Positions 30,741 to 40,987 of a stretch of DNA of 64,000 nt are shown in pieces; the stretch's first letter is position 1; every line of letters begins with the position of its first letter. Origin of the DNA: an uncultured Chloroflexia bacterium (GTDB lineage: Bacteria > Chloroflexota > Limnocylindria > Limnocylindrales > CSP1-4); the NCBI GenBank assembly GCA_963712745.1, contig CAVQJC010000020.1, positions 384,001 through 448,000 of the forward strand, in the 5' to 3' direction. Under the pieces are notes generated by a model. It saw only the letters and a program-made list of their open reading frames with translations, did no database searches and was not told where the DNA came from. A program made the translations under genes and the position numbers.

Positions 30741-31718
30741 TGGCTCTGCTGGAAGTGCGCGACCTGGCCCTCGAATACACCACCGGGCGCGGTCCGTTGC
30801 GAGCCGTCGACGGCATCTCGCTGGACCTCGAAGAAGGCCAGGCGCTGGGCATCATCGGCGAGTCCGGCAGCGGCAAGACGAGCATGGCCGTGGCCCTGAT
30901 GCGCCTGCTGCCCAGGAACGCGACACTGGTCGGCGGCTCGATCCGCCTGGGCGGGGATGACCTCATCGGGCTCTCCGATGACGACTTCCGCACCCAGGTC
31001 CGCTGGAGCCGCATGGCCATGGTCTTCCAGGGCGCGATGCACTCGCTCAACCCGGTGATCCGGGTGGGTGACCAGGTCGGCGAGCGACTGCGCTCGGATG
31101 GCATGAGCAAGTCCGACACGCGCGCTCGTACGGCAGAGCTGCTGACCCGGGTGGGCCTGCCCGCGGCCACCGCCGAGCGCTACCCGCACGAGCTCTCGGG
31201 GGGCATGAAGCAGCGCGTGATGATCGCCTCCGCGCTGACCCACGACCCGCCCCTGCTCATCCTCGATGAGCCCACCAGCGCGCTCGATGTGAGCATCCAG
31301 GCGCAGATCATGAACCTGCTCAAGGAGCTGAAGGCCGAGCGGCGTATCTCCATGCTCTTCATCACCCACGACCTGGCCCTGGCCTCTGACCTGTGCGACG
31401 AGATCGCGGTCGTCTACGCCGGCCAGGTGCGTGAGCTGGGCTCCGCCGAAGACGTGCTGGCCCGTCCAGCCGACCCCTACACACAGCGCCTGCTGGCGAG
31501 CATCCCCAGCCTGCACGACCCCACGCCGCCCGAGTTCCTGCCGGGCGCCCCGCCCGACCTGCGCGACCACATCGATGGTTGCCGCTTCGCCGCCCGCTGC
31601 CCGCTCGTCTTCGAGCCCTGCAGCGAGGAGCCGCCCTACGTCGAGGTCCGGCCCGGGCCAGTGGTCACGCTGCTGGAAGCACGACCGGCGCCGAACGCGC
31701 CCGGAGGCTGCGCCATGA
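30740..31718 (+). CDS. Opp/Dpp ABC ATPase (OppD-like)
   Basis: GESGSGKT, YPHELSGGMKQR, C-terminal Cys motif. Confidence 0.92.
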
Positions 31719-32814
31719 GCGGCTGGACGGAAGCAAGACGGGCCGGTGCTGCGGGTCGAGGACTCTGTCGGTGCGCTTCTTCGTGCGCCACTCGTTCTTC
31801 GCCACGCGCCCCATCGACGCGGTGAGCGCGGTCTCGCTGGACCTGGAGAAGGGCGAGACGGTGGCCGTGGTGGGCGAATCGGGCAGCGGCAAGACCACGC
31901 TGGGCCGGGCCACGCTGGCGCTGGCGCCCATCTCCGCGGGACGCATCGTCTTCGAGGGCGCGGACCTCAGCGAGCTCGACGGGGCGGAGCTGCTGGCCTT
32001 CCGCCAGCGCGCGCAGGCCATCTTCCAGGATCCGTTCTCCAGCCTCAGCCCGTACATGCGCGTGGGCGAGCTGGTGGAGGAGCCGCTGGTCATCCATGGC
32101 CCATCGGACCGCGCCCAGCGCGAGCGGCTGGTGATGGCAGCCCTCGAGCAGGTGAAGCTCCACCCGGCCGGCGAGTTCGCCGACAAGTACCCGCACACGC
32201 TCTCCGGCGGCCAGCGGCAGCGCGTGAGCATCGCCCGTGCCATGGTGCTCGAGCCCGACTACCTCGTAGCCGATGAGCCCGTCTCGATGATCGACGCCTC
32301 CAGCCGGGCGGAGATCCTGTACCTGCTCGCCGAGCTGCAGGAGGCCGCGAGCCTGACCTTCCTGTACATCACCCACGACCTGGCCAGCGCCCGACACTTC
32401 GCCGACCGCATCGCGGTCATGTACGCCGGGCGCATCGTGGAGCTGGCCCCGGCCGGCGCGCTCATCGAGGACGCGAGACACCCCTACACCAGGGCCCTGC
32501 TGGCAGCTGTGCCGGAGCCCGACCCCGCCAATCGCCTGCGGCAGCGACCGGTCGTCGGTGGCGAGCCGCCCGATGCCGGCGCGCTGCCACCCGGCTGTGC
32601 CTTCGCGCCGCGCTGCCCGCTGGCTATCACCGGCACCTGCGAGCGGGTCGTGCCGCCGCTGATCGAGCTGGATGACGGGCACGAGGTGGCCTGCCACCTC
32701 TACCCCTCGGCGAAGGCCGGCGCCGTGGATGAAGCGGCGTCGGTGGCCACCGGCTCAGCCGGTTCCAGCACCTCGAGCGCGGCCTCGATGAAGGGATCCT
32801 CCGACTCCGGGTAG
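31715..32814 (+). CDS. Opp/Dpp ABC ATPase (OppF-like), N-terminal frameshift
   Basis: GESGSGKT, LSGGQRQR, CAFAPRCP...VACH. Confidence 0.9.
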
Positions 32815-34067
32815 GCCAGCCAGTCGGCCTCCACGGTCACGTCGGGCGTGACGCCCACGCCCTCCAGCGTCTCCCCAGAGGGCAGCTGGAAGCCGTACGC
32901 GACGAGCTGCAGCAACGAGCCCTCGGGGAAGTCGACGGTGGTGGCGCCGTGGGTCTGGCCCGACGTCTGCGCGCCCACGATGGTGGCGCGACCCTGGTCC
33001 TGCAGGATGGCCGCCAGCTGCTCGGCATCGGCCTCCGTCTGCTCGTCCACGAGCACGACCAGCGGCACGTCCGCGTAATCGTCCGCGAGGTCATCGGGCT
33101 TGATGCTGATGGGCTCGTTGCCGACACGGGAGTGGTACTCGCCCACCTCACCCTCGACGAAGGTGCCGAGGGTCTCGATGACGACCGCGGGCGCCCCCTG
33201 GTTGGAGGCACGCAGGTCCAGGATCAGCCCGTCGAGCGGGTCACCGCGGCGGAGCTTGGTCAGTGCCTGCTCGATACCGTCGGCGGCTTCCTGGCCGGAC
33301 AGCGCGAGCACCTGCAGGTAGCCGACCGAGGGTGCGGCCTCGAGCCGTCGAGCCTCGGGCAGGATGAGTGGGTTGATGCGGCGACGCTCGAGCGTGACGT
33401 CGCGCGGCTCCTGGCCCGGTGAGACGACCGTGAGCGTGACGTCGGTGCCCTCAGGGCCGCGGATGTCTGCGATGCGGGCGCAGGAGTCACCCTCCACGCC
33501 GACGATGCTGTCGCGGGCACGGATGCCGGCGTCCTTGGCCGAACCGCCCTCGAAGACGTAGACGATGCGCAGCCCGGGGCTGTCCTCACCCGCCGCGCTG
33601 GTGTCGAGCAGCGCACCGATGCCGCCATAGGTGGGGTCGTAGGTGGCCGAGTCGCCGAGATCGTCGGGCGCGTAGAAGTTGGTGAAGGGATCTTCGAGCA
33701 GTCCCACCATCTCGCGCAGGAGTTCGTAGACCTCGTGCGCGTTGTCGGTGCCGATCACCAGCGGGGCGTACTCGTCACCGATGGCCTCCCAGTCGAGCCC
33801 GTTGGCCCCGGGGTCCACGTAGTAGTCGCGGATGCCTTCCCACACGCCGTTGAAGAGCTCGATGCGGAAGTCCTCGGGCAGCCACAGCGCGGAGTCGGTT
33901 ACGGGCTCGGCCGAGGCTTCGGGCTCGACGCATTCATCGGCAGGCGTGGTGCGTTGACTCGGGGCTGGGCTCTCGTCCTGCGCGGACACCACTGGGGTCG
34001 CCGCTATTAGCAGGACCAGGAGAGCCAGGAGGGTCAGCGGCAGGGAGCGGTTGGTCTGGAGATGCAT
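32700..34067 (-). CDS. S41/CtpA-family protease homolog with PDZ domain, catalytic residues degenerate
   Basis: Signal peptide; LEDPFT, GGIGA PDZ, LILDLR, GVGVTPDV. Confidence 0.88.
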   Translation of the reverse strand: MHLQTNRSLPLTLLALLVLLIAATPVVSAQDESPAPSQRTTPADECVEPEASAEPVTDSALWLPEDFRIELFNGVWEGIRDYYVDPGANGLDWEAIGDEYAPLVIGTDNAHEVYELLREMVGLLEDPFTNFYAPDDLGDSATYDPTYGGIGALLDTSAAGEDSPGLRIVYVFEGGSAKDAGIRARDSIVGVEGDSCARIADIRGPEGTDVTLTVVSPGQEPRDVTLERRRINPLILPEARRLEAAPSVGYLQVLALSGQEAADGIEQALTKLRRGDPLDGLILDLRASNQGAPAVVIETLGTFVEGEVGEYHSRVGNEPISIKPDDLADDYADVPLVVLVDEQTEADAEQLAAILQDQGRATIVGAQTSGQTHGATTVDFPEGSLLQLVAYGFQLPSGETLEGVGVTPDVTVEADWLAYPESEDPFIEAALEVLEPAEPVATDAASSTAPAFAEG

Positions 34068-34211
34068 CGTTCCTCTCGCGGGCAGGATGGTGGTCCCTCC
34101 GCCGCGATGCTACCCCGAGTCGACCGGACCGTCCTGAACCCGCCTGACGTCCTGCGCGGATGCGACCGTTGGGGTCGGCGGGGCCTCGCATCCGGCGAGC
34201 GTCGCGGCCGT

Positions 34212-35811
34212 CTAGGGCAGGTTGCAGAGCTCCAGGCCGGTGCAGGCGGCATCAAGGCGCACCATGGCCACCTGGTCGGGCTGCGGGTAGACCTGGTTGA
34301 GCTTCGCGCCGCCACCATACTTCACGGTCCAGACGATGAGCTGACCAACCTCCCCGATCTGATCGGTGTTATCGCCGTTGATCTGGGCATTGTCGCTCGG
34401 CGCGTAGACCACGCCCGCGATGGCCAGGTTGCCGTTGCCGGGCAGGTTCAGCGTGTTGTTGCCGGTGGTGCACTTGGCGACGTCGAGCGGCGTCCGGTCA
34501 TCGAAGCAGGCCTCGTCGCGAGGGACGACGATGGTCAGGAGCAGGCCTTCGGTCGACGTCACCTCGTCTCCGGCCCAGTCGACGGCCGGCAGCGAGCGGC
34601 AGCTGTCCGCGCTGCAGGTCTCGTCACCCTGGTTGAGCCTGATCGCGACCGAGTTGTTGCCCGCGAAGTCGGCATCCTGTGGCACGACGAGCACGACCCC
34701 GTGGGCGTCTCGCACCAGGCCGCCCATGAGCGTGCCACCCACGTCCAGTCCGGCGCCCCCGAAGTAGTAGGCCCCAGGCAGGAGGTATGCCACCTCGGTG
34801 TTCTGCGAGACGTTGAACCCATGGTTGTCGTCGTACCAGCCGGGCAGGTAGCAGGTCACCTCAAGTCCCGGGTCCCCGAGGATGGACTGGTAGTCGGCCG
34901 GGAAGCCCTCCTCACCGGGTTCGGGACAGGCGCCCGGCCCGTTTCCGGGGACCGCGTCCCAACGCCCGTCCTCCTGGTCGTTGTAGACCGGAGCGCCATC
35001 GAAGCTGGGGACCATGTAGCCGGGATCCGGGATGAGCCGGCGAAGGAGCTTGCCCTCGGGAAGCCCGTTCAGCTGGTTCCATGGATCGGGGCTGATGTCA
35101 TCGAGGTGCTCGATGCGAAAGCCCGAGGCCAAGGTGATCGTGCCCCCGGAGTTGGTGAAGACGCTGGTGTTGGAGCCGACGTCACCCTTGGGCACGACGA
35201 CCCACGTATTGGTCCCGTCGATGCTCAGGTTCTCACGGTTCTGGTCGATGGAGTTCGGAAGTGGATGCGGTGGGCGCAGCGTCTGGATGGCGTACTTGCT
35301 GGCGAAGCTCAGTCCCGCCACCGCCGAGGCGTCGATCTGCCACTCAGGTCGGCCCGCGAGTGCAGCGAAGGTCAGACGATACGTGGGGTTCTTGATGGTG
35401 ACCTGCACCGAGCGACGCGGGTCGCAGTCGACGCAGCTGGGCGAGGGCGTCTCGATAGAGACCCGGAACGGCGTTCCGGGCAGTGGGCAGTCCTTGACGT
35501 CACCGCTGGCGGCACAGCCGCCGCCCAATGGCGTGCCGCTCGCGCCGAGCCGGTCGACGAGGACCTCCATGGCGTGGCTCCTGCGCTCGCATGCGGTCGT
35601 TGTCGCTGATGAGGCGGGACGTCGCCTGCTGGAGGTCCTGGCCGCCGGCCAGTGCCGCGGCCTCTGCCGTGGTGACGTAGTAGCGCTCCGCGGAGAGCGC
35701 ACCGGTCACGTCGACGGCCAGCGCCGCTACCAGCAGCAGCGCGCTCATGAGCAGCGCTGTGACAGGCAGGACCTGGCCCCGTTGGCTGCGGTCTACTGAA
35801 CGTTTGATCAT
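34212..35811 (-). CDS. TadG-like large minor pilin/adhesin (frameshift near 35575)
   Basis: RGQVLPVTAL prepilin helix, AEAAALAG; PGxY repeats, GVVYAP, C-terminal RLDAAC. Confidence 0.8.
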
Positions 35812-36344
35812 GTCGGTTCCGGCTCCATGCGGAATTCTGCAGTGGTCGAGATCCGCCCGTCCCCCGGCACCAGCGGGAAGAAGACCGGGATCTGGTGGTC
35901 GATGGAGACCTGCACCCAGGCTTCATCCTGGTTGGTCAGCGGCGGACAGGGCTTGCCGCTGTCTCGTTCCCAATTGACGGTCACCTTGTTCGTGGTGCCT
36001 GAACCACCGTTCGCCCACAGGTCGGCGGAGTAGCCGAAAAGCGTGGAGTTCGCAGCGATGGCGTTCGCGGTCTGGGTGACCGCGGCACTGTTGCCGTCAC
36101 AGAAGAGCTGGGTCGCTGCCCAGCGTCCGGTATCGCGTGCGACCTGCGTGAGCGTCTGCTGGGACCAGAAGACCAGCCCGAACTGGATGATGCCGGCGAT
36201 CACGAAGAGCAGCACGGGGATGACCAGAGCGAATTCGGTCAGTGCCTGGCCGCCTGGGCCACGACCCCGGTCGGTCTCCCGGGCACGACTCGTCTCGTCG
36301 GTCCCCCCTCTCTTGTGTGGCGTGCGCCACGGTGTCGAATGCAC
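35808..36344 (-). CDS. TadE-like minor pilin (true start probably near 36293)
   Basis: GQALTEFALVIP...ARDTGRWAA. Confidence 0.85.
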   Translation of the reverse strand: MHSTPWRTPHKRGGTDETSRARETDRGRGPGGQALTEFALVIPVLLFVIAGIIQFGLVFWSQQTLTQVARDTGRWAATQLFCDGNSAAVTQTANAIAANSTLFGYSADLWANGGSGTTNKVTVNWERDSGKPCPPLTNQDEAWVQVSIDHQIPVFFPLVPGDGRISTTAEFRMEPEPT

Positions 36345-36668
36345 GTTGGCTCCCTCCGGAGCGGTCCAAGACTGCGATGACAGGGCGGGCGACGGTGCGC
36401 CTCGGTCACGCGGGTCGCCATCGCTCCGTCGACACTAGGCACTGCCGGGCGTGCCCGCCATCGGCCCATAGGGGCCACCCCCCATGCCTTGATGGCCTAT
36501 CCGGCGCTGGCGACGTCGCCGGCTCGTCACACGCGCGCTGGGCCGCTGACCGACAATTGACGCGGCATCGCCCCTGGCGGGTGGTGGTCCGAACGGCCCT
36601 TGGCATCCGCCGAGGGCGCCGAATACGTTCGAAGCGCCGGAGGTACCGGCAGAAGGGAGTCTGGTCGG

Positions 36669-37240
36669 TGTTCGAAACCTCGGTCGCGGACACGGTCTTC
36701 CTGATATGCGCCCTGCTTGGCGGCGGCCTGCTGCTGATCACCGTCCTGCTCGATGACATCCTCGGCGGCCTTCTGGAAGCCTTCGACTTCGATCTGGGCG
36801 GCAGTTCGCTCATGCCCATCCTGCTGGCCTTCGTGGCCATGTTCGGCGTGGGCGGACTCTTCGGCACGCAAGTGCTCGACCTCAGCGCCGGGATGGCGTC
36901 GGTCGTCGGGGTCATCGCCGGCATCGGCGGAGGATTCCTGGCGTGGGCCATGTTCAGGTTCCTGTACAGCTCCGAGACGGGGCCGCCGTTCTCGCAGGAA
37001 GACCTCATCGGCCGTGACGCCTATGTTTCGGTGGCCATCCCTGGCACCGCCTGGGGGACCATCTCGATGGAGGTGGAGGGCACGACTCAGGAGTTTCGGG
37101 CGACAGCCTCGACCGACATCGCGCGGGGTCAGGTCGTGCGCATCTCCGGCGTGGCCGGCAATGGGCTGATCGTGGAGCCAGCGGCCGCGTCCGCTCCTGC
37201 GGAAGCCCCCTCTGATGAGACCGAAGAAGAAGCCCGATAA
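36669..37240 (+). CDS. NfeD-like membrane protein
   Basis: Three TM helices plus OB-fold C-terminus; directly upstream of flotillin. Confidence 0.85.
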
Positions 37241-37303
37241 CGGGTCCATAGCTGCCGGGTCCTGACCAACGGGGCCCGCGCTCTCGCAGGAAAGGATGGA
37301 GTA

Positions 37304-38743
37304 ATGCCCAGTTTCGGATCCGAAGCTGTCTTCGCCTTCGCAGCCATCGTCGTGCTGGCGCTCATCGTGGCCTACGCCTCGACGCGCTACAAGGTGGCCG
37401 GTGCCAACGAGGCGCTCGTCCGATCTGGTCGCCGCGGGCAGGACGAGGACCTCAAGGTCGTGCGCGGCGGCAGCATCATCGTGTTGCCACTGTTCCACGA
37501 GCTCGGCGTTCTCAAGCTGGACGCTCGGCAGATCAACGTGGCCTTGAGCGACGCCGTCACCAGCCAGGGCATCAAGGTCGCGCTCGAGGGCGTGGCCACC
37601 TTCAAGGTCGGCGCCGACGAGACGTCCATCCGCAACGCTGCCGAGCGGTTCCTGAAGACCGACATCCGCGAGGTCGACGACATCGTCAAGAACGTGCTCG
37701 AGGGTTCGCTTCGCTCGATCGTCGGTACGCTGACGGTCGAGGAGCTCAACCTCGACCGTCAGAAGTTCCAGCAGGCGGTCCAGTCGGCGGCCATCGGCGA
37801 CCTGGCCACGTCTGGCCTGGTCATCGACAGTTTCACCATCCAGGCCATCGGTGGCGAGGCACTCGCGTACATGGAGCTCATCGGCCGCCAGGAGTTGGCG
37901 CGCCGCGAGCGCGACGCGCGCATGGCGCAGGCTGATGCGGACCAGGAGGCCCGGGTCCGAGAGGCAGAAGCCGAACAGATCAAGCTCAACGCCGAGCGCG
38001 GCGTGCAGCTGCGTGAAGCCGACGTCAAGCAGGAGACCGACTCCGCGCGGGCCCGCGCCGGTCAGGCCGGCCCGCTGGCGGAGGCCAAGGCTACCCAGGA
38101 GGTGGTCCAGGAGCAGACCAAGCTGGCCGAGCTAGCTGCTGATCGAAAGGCCAAGGAACTGCTGGCAAGCACGGTCAGGCCGGCCGAGGCCGACGCTGAG
38201 GCAGTGGTCAAGCGCGCCGAAGGTGACCGCGCCGCTGCCATCGCCGCCGCCCAGGCCGAGGCTGAGAAGGTCAGGCTGCACGGCGAAGCGGAGGCCACCA
38301 TCATCCACAAGACCGGCGAGGCCGAGGCGGCCGCACTCGAGATGCGAGCCGAGGCCTACCGCCACTTCAACGACGCGGCCATCCTGGCCACCATCCTGCG
38401 CGACCTGCCCAAGGTCGTCGCCGCCGCGGCCGAGCCCATCGGCAACATCGACAACCTGACGGTGCTCTCCACGGACGGTGCCTCGGAGATCGTCAGGACC
38501 GCCACCAGCAACCTGACCCAGACGGGAGCCGCCATCAAGGGGCTCACCGGCATCGACGTGGCCCAGGTCTTCGGCAACGCCCTCGACAACGCCAACCTCA
38601 CCGGATCAGACCAGGAGCGCGCCATCCGGGCGCGGACGGAGCCCGACACCAAGGCCGAGGTCGACGTGACTGTCACCACCGACCCGGTTGCCGACGCGGC
38701 AGAGGCGGTGACGCCCCCGGAGGACAAGCCCAAGAAGGCGTAG
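37304..38743 (+). CDS. Flotillin/SPFH-domain protein
   Basis: NEALVRSG, RNAAERFL, LEGSLRSIVG, AEA-rich coiled coil. Confidence 0.93.
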   Translation: MPSFGSEAVFAFAAIVVLALIVAYASTRYKVAGANEALVRSGRRGQDEDLKVVRGGSIIVLPLFHELGVLKLDARQINVALSDAVTSQGIKVALEGVATFKVGADETSIRNAAERFLKTDIREVDDIVKNVLEGSLRSIVGTLTVEELNLDRQKFQQAVQSAAIGDLATSGLVIDSFTIQAIGGEALAYMELIGRQELARRERDARMAQADADQEARVREAEAEQIKLNAERGVQLREADVKQETDSARARAGQAGPLAEAKATQEVVQEQTKLAELAADRKAKELLASTVRPAEADAEAVVKRAEGDRAAAIAAAQAEAEKVRLHGEAEATIIHKTGEAEAAALEMRAEAYRHFNDAAILATILRDLPKVVAAAAEPIGNIDNLTVLSTDGASEIVRTATSNLTQTGAAIKGLTGIDVAQVFGNALDNANLTGSDQERAIRARTEPDTKAEVDVTVTTDPVADAAEAVTPPEDKPKKA

Positions 38744-38763
38744 CGCACCGTTCCAGGACGCCC

Positions 38764-38798
38764 GAACGGGCGCTCACCCCTGAGGTGGTCGCCCGTTC
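38764..38798. terminator. Hairpin between convergent genes
   Basis: GAACGGGCG...CGCCCGTTC followed by TT. Confidence 0.6.
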
Positions 38799-38842
38799 TT
38801 CACGTCGTTGCCCACGGTCGGCTAGACGGAGCACTGGATTCC

Positions 38843-39123
38843 TCACGAACACTGCTCGACGCCGGTGCATGCCGCGTCGAGCCGCAGTAGCCCGACCTGC
38901 TCGAAGTTGGGGTAGTTCAAGTTCACTCCGAGCCACCGCTCCACTCTAGCGTCCACCCCACGATCTGGCCGTCGATCGCGTTCGAGTCACTGCCGCCCCG
39001 GACGCCAATCCCCTTGGTGGGCGCGTAGATCACACCTGATATACAAGGCGGAGTTGCCGGCGAGCTTGATGTCCGGTTCATTCTTGTCTTCATCTTTGCA
39101 CTCGATGGGGATCACGCCGTTCA
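38843..39123 (-). pseudogene. C-terminal fragment of a TadG-like paralog of 34212-35811
   Basis: Manual translation: LAGNSALY/GVIYAPT/GQIVGWTLEWSGG/RLDAACTGVEQCS-stop; no N-terminus. Confidence 0.75.
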
Positions 39124-39787
39124 GGAGAAGTTCCCGGGCGCGTCCTTCCCCTCCGAGAAGACGAAGACCGGCGGCGGGTCAGGAAAGTTGGCCTCACTCA
39201 GGTCGATGCCGGCGAGGTCCCGGTCGGGTCCCGGGTCGAAGGCGATCGGTAGCAGGATGCCCTGGCCGGGCTGCGCGACCCGGGCCGTGATGGCAGTGGC
39301 GTCAGCGGCGACGTCCCAGTCGTCCTGGCCGATCGACCCGCAGGAAGTACGCGGGTGGACGGCTGGTGATACTCACCTCCACGCCCTGCGCGGTCGCCGA
39401 AATCTCGCTCTGGGGAGTGACCGCCGCGACGAAGGCGGTGTCGTAGCCGGTCGTGGGCCGCACATAGTCGGCCGTCCACGAGCAAGGCACCTGGCCTGAG
39501 GGCGTGCAGCCGTTGTCGGCAACAGCTGCTTCGATGGCGTCGTGCACGTCCTTACCGGTGCCAGTGGTCCGGTCGGAGAGGTGGTGCTCAGCGATGATGT
39601 GGGTACCGGCCAAGGCGCCGAAGTCAGCGGCATTCTGCGCTTCTCGACGGTTCATGAAGACGATGCCGCCGTCGAGCACGAAACCGGCAGCGACAAGCAG
39701 CGCCACCAGGCCGCCCGCGAACAGGGCCAACGCTTGCCCCCGTTCGCGACGTCGCGGCTCGTCTGTAGTCGTATCCGGTGGTGCCAT
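39121..39787 (-). pseudogene. N-terminal part of a TadG-like paralog of 43773-44867, truncated at PGNFS
   Basis: RGQALALFA, RREAQNAADFGALAG, WDVAADATA, LLPIAF, APGNFS-stop. Confidence 0.75.
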
Positions 39788-39823
39788 CTTCCTGCCTACC
39801 TTCTGGAGCCTGTATGGGTGCAT

Positions 39824-39990
39824 CAGTGCATCGTCATCTTGGTGATCGACCGCAGGGTGATGGGGCCGATGATGTCGCCGATGATGGGCGTGATGGGCTG
39901 GACGTCCGCGCTCACATCCACGATGAGCAGGTCACCGCTCCCGCAGTTGCCCCCGCACCACCCATGTCGGCAGCTCGAAGTCGTGGTGGG
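39824..39990 (-). pseudogene. C-terminal fragment of a TadE-like pilin
   Basis: CGSGDLLIVDVSADVQPITPIIGDIIGPITLRSITKMTMH-stop; no room for an N-terminus before the upstream stop at 40030. Confidence 0.7.
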
Positions 39991-40029
39991 ACGCAGGGGC
40001 ACGTCGAGACTGAGGTATCGGCGCTCGGT

Positions 40030-40645
40030 TCAGGCGCATGACTTCGGCGCAGGTGATTCGCCGTCGAGCTCTTGGTCGCTCGGGATGTAGAGGGTGACCG
40101 CTCCCGGCGGCTGCATGCTTCGGTCACCGTGACCGAAGCGGAACAGTCGGTTCGACGTCCGGATCGAGGTCGGTCGCCAACTGTCGTCAGTCGAACTGTC
40201 GTCGAGACGTCGCTGAGTGAGGTCAGACCTTCGGCCTCGTCCCTGAGTGGAGCCTCCGCGCTGTCGGGCACGGTGCATTGCGGAGGCGCCTGGGTGGGCC
40301 ATGGAAACGGTGTTGCCGATGGGTCGGTGGCAGTGTTCATCACCCGGCTGGTCGCCGTCGCCTCGAGCGTCAATGAGCTCCCAAAGATGGGCGACAGGAT
40401 CGGCGTCAGGAAGTCGAACTGGTCGGCCACCACCACCTCGTACATGTCGCCGGTGGTGCAGTCTTCGACACTGCCCCTGGGAAAGCCACCCGAGTAGCAG
40501 GTGAACGTCGTGATCAGCCCGCCGATTCCTGCGCCCGCCTCGTTGCGAACGCGCCAATCGGCACTGTTCGTTCCGTCGCATCGGACACTGTCGCGCGCCG
40601 CAGTGTCGCATCGAGGGTTGTTGGCCGCGAAGACGGCGCCCTCCC
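40030..40645 (-). pseudogene. TadE plus PASTA-like pilin lacking the N-terminal helix
   Basis: Begins at REGAVFAA; FDFLTPI...LTLEATAT...CTVPD like 45463-46389. Confidence 0.72.
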
Positions 40646-40945
40646 GGCTGGTTCGGGACGAGCCCGCCGTAGAGCTCACCGTCGACGTCCATGCCGCCCT
40701 CGAACTTGTAGACCCCGCTGGTGAGGTAGACCTTCATCGCCCCTGGTTGGAGACCTCGAACCGGTCGTTGTTCTTCTTTGCCTGGTACACGCCGGGGGCG
40801 TAGCAGACGACGTCGACAGGCACCGTGTCGAGGTCGGTGACGTCGGCCGGGCAGGCGATCTCGCCGTCAGCCTGGTCGGCGAACAAGGGAGCACCCACGA
40901 AGGATGGGCCAGGTGGCTGCGGATCGGTGATCTGGACGGATGGGA
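40640..40945 (-). pseudogene. Internal fragment of a TadG-like paralog of 34212-35811
   Basis: ITDPQPPGPSFVGAPLFADQADG...CYAPGVY...YLTSGVYKFEGGMDVDGELYGGLV. Confidence 0.72.
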
Positions 40946-40987
40946 CCCGCAGCGGGGCCGAGCGATGAGAACCGGTAGGCCGTGACC

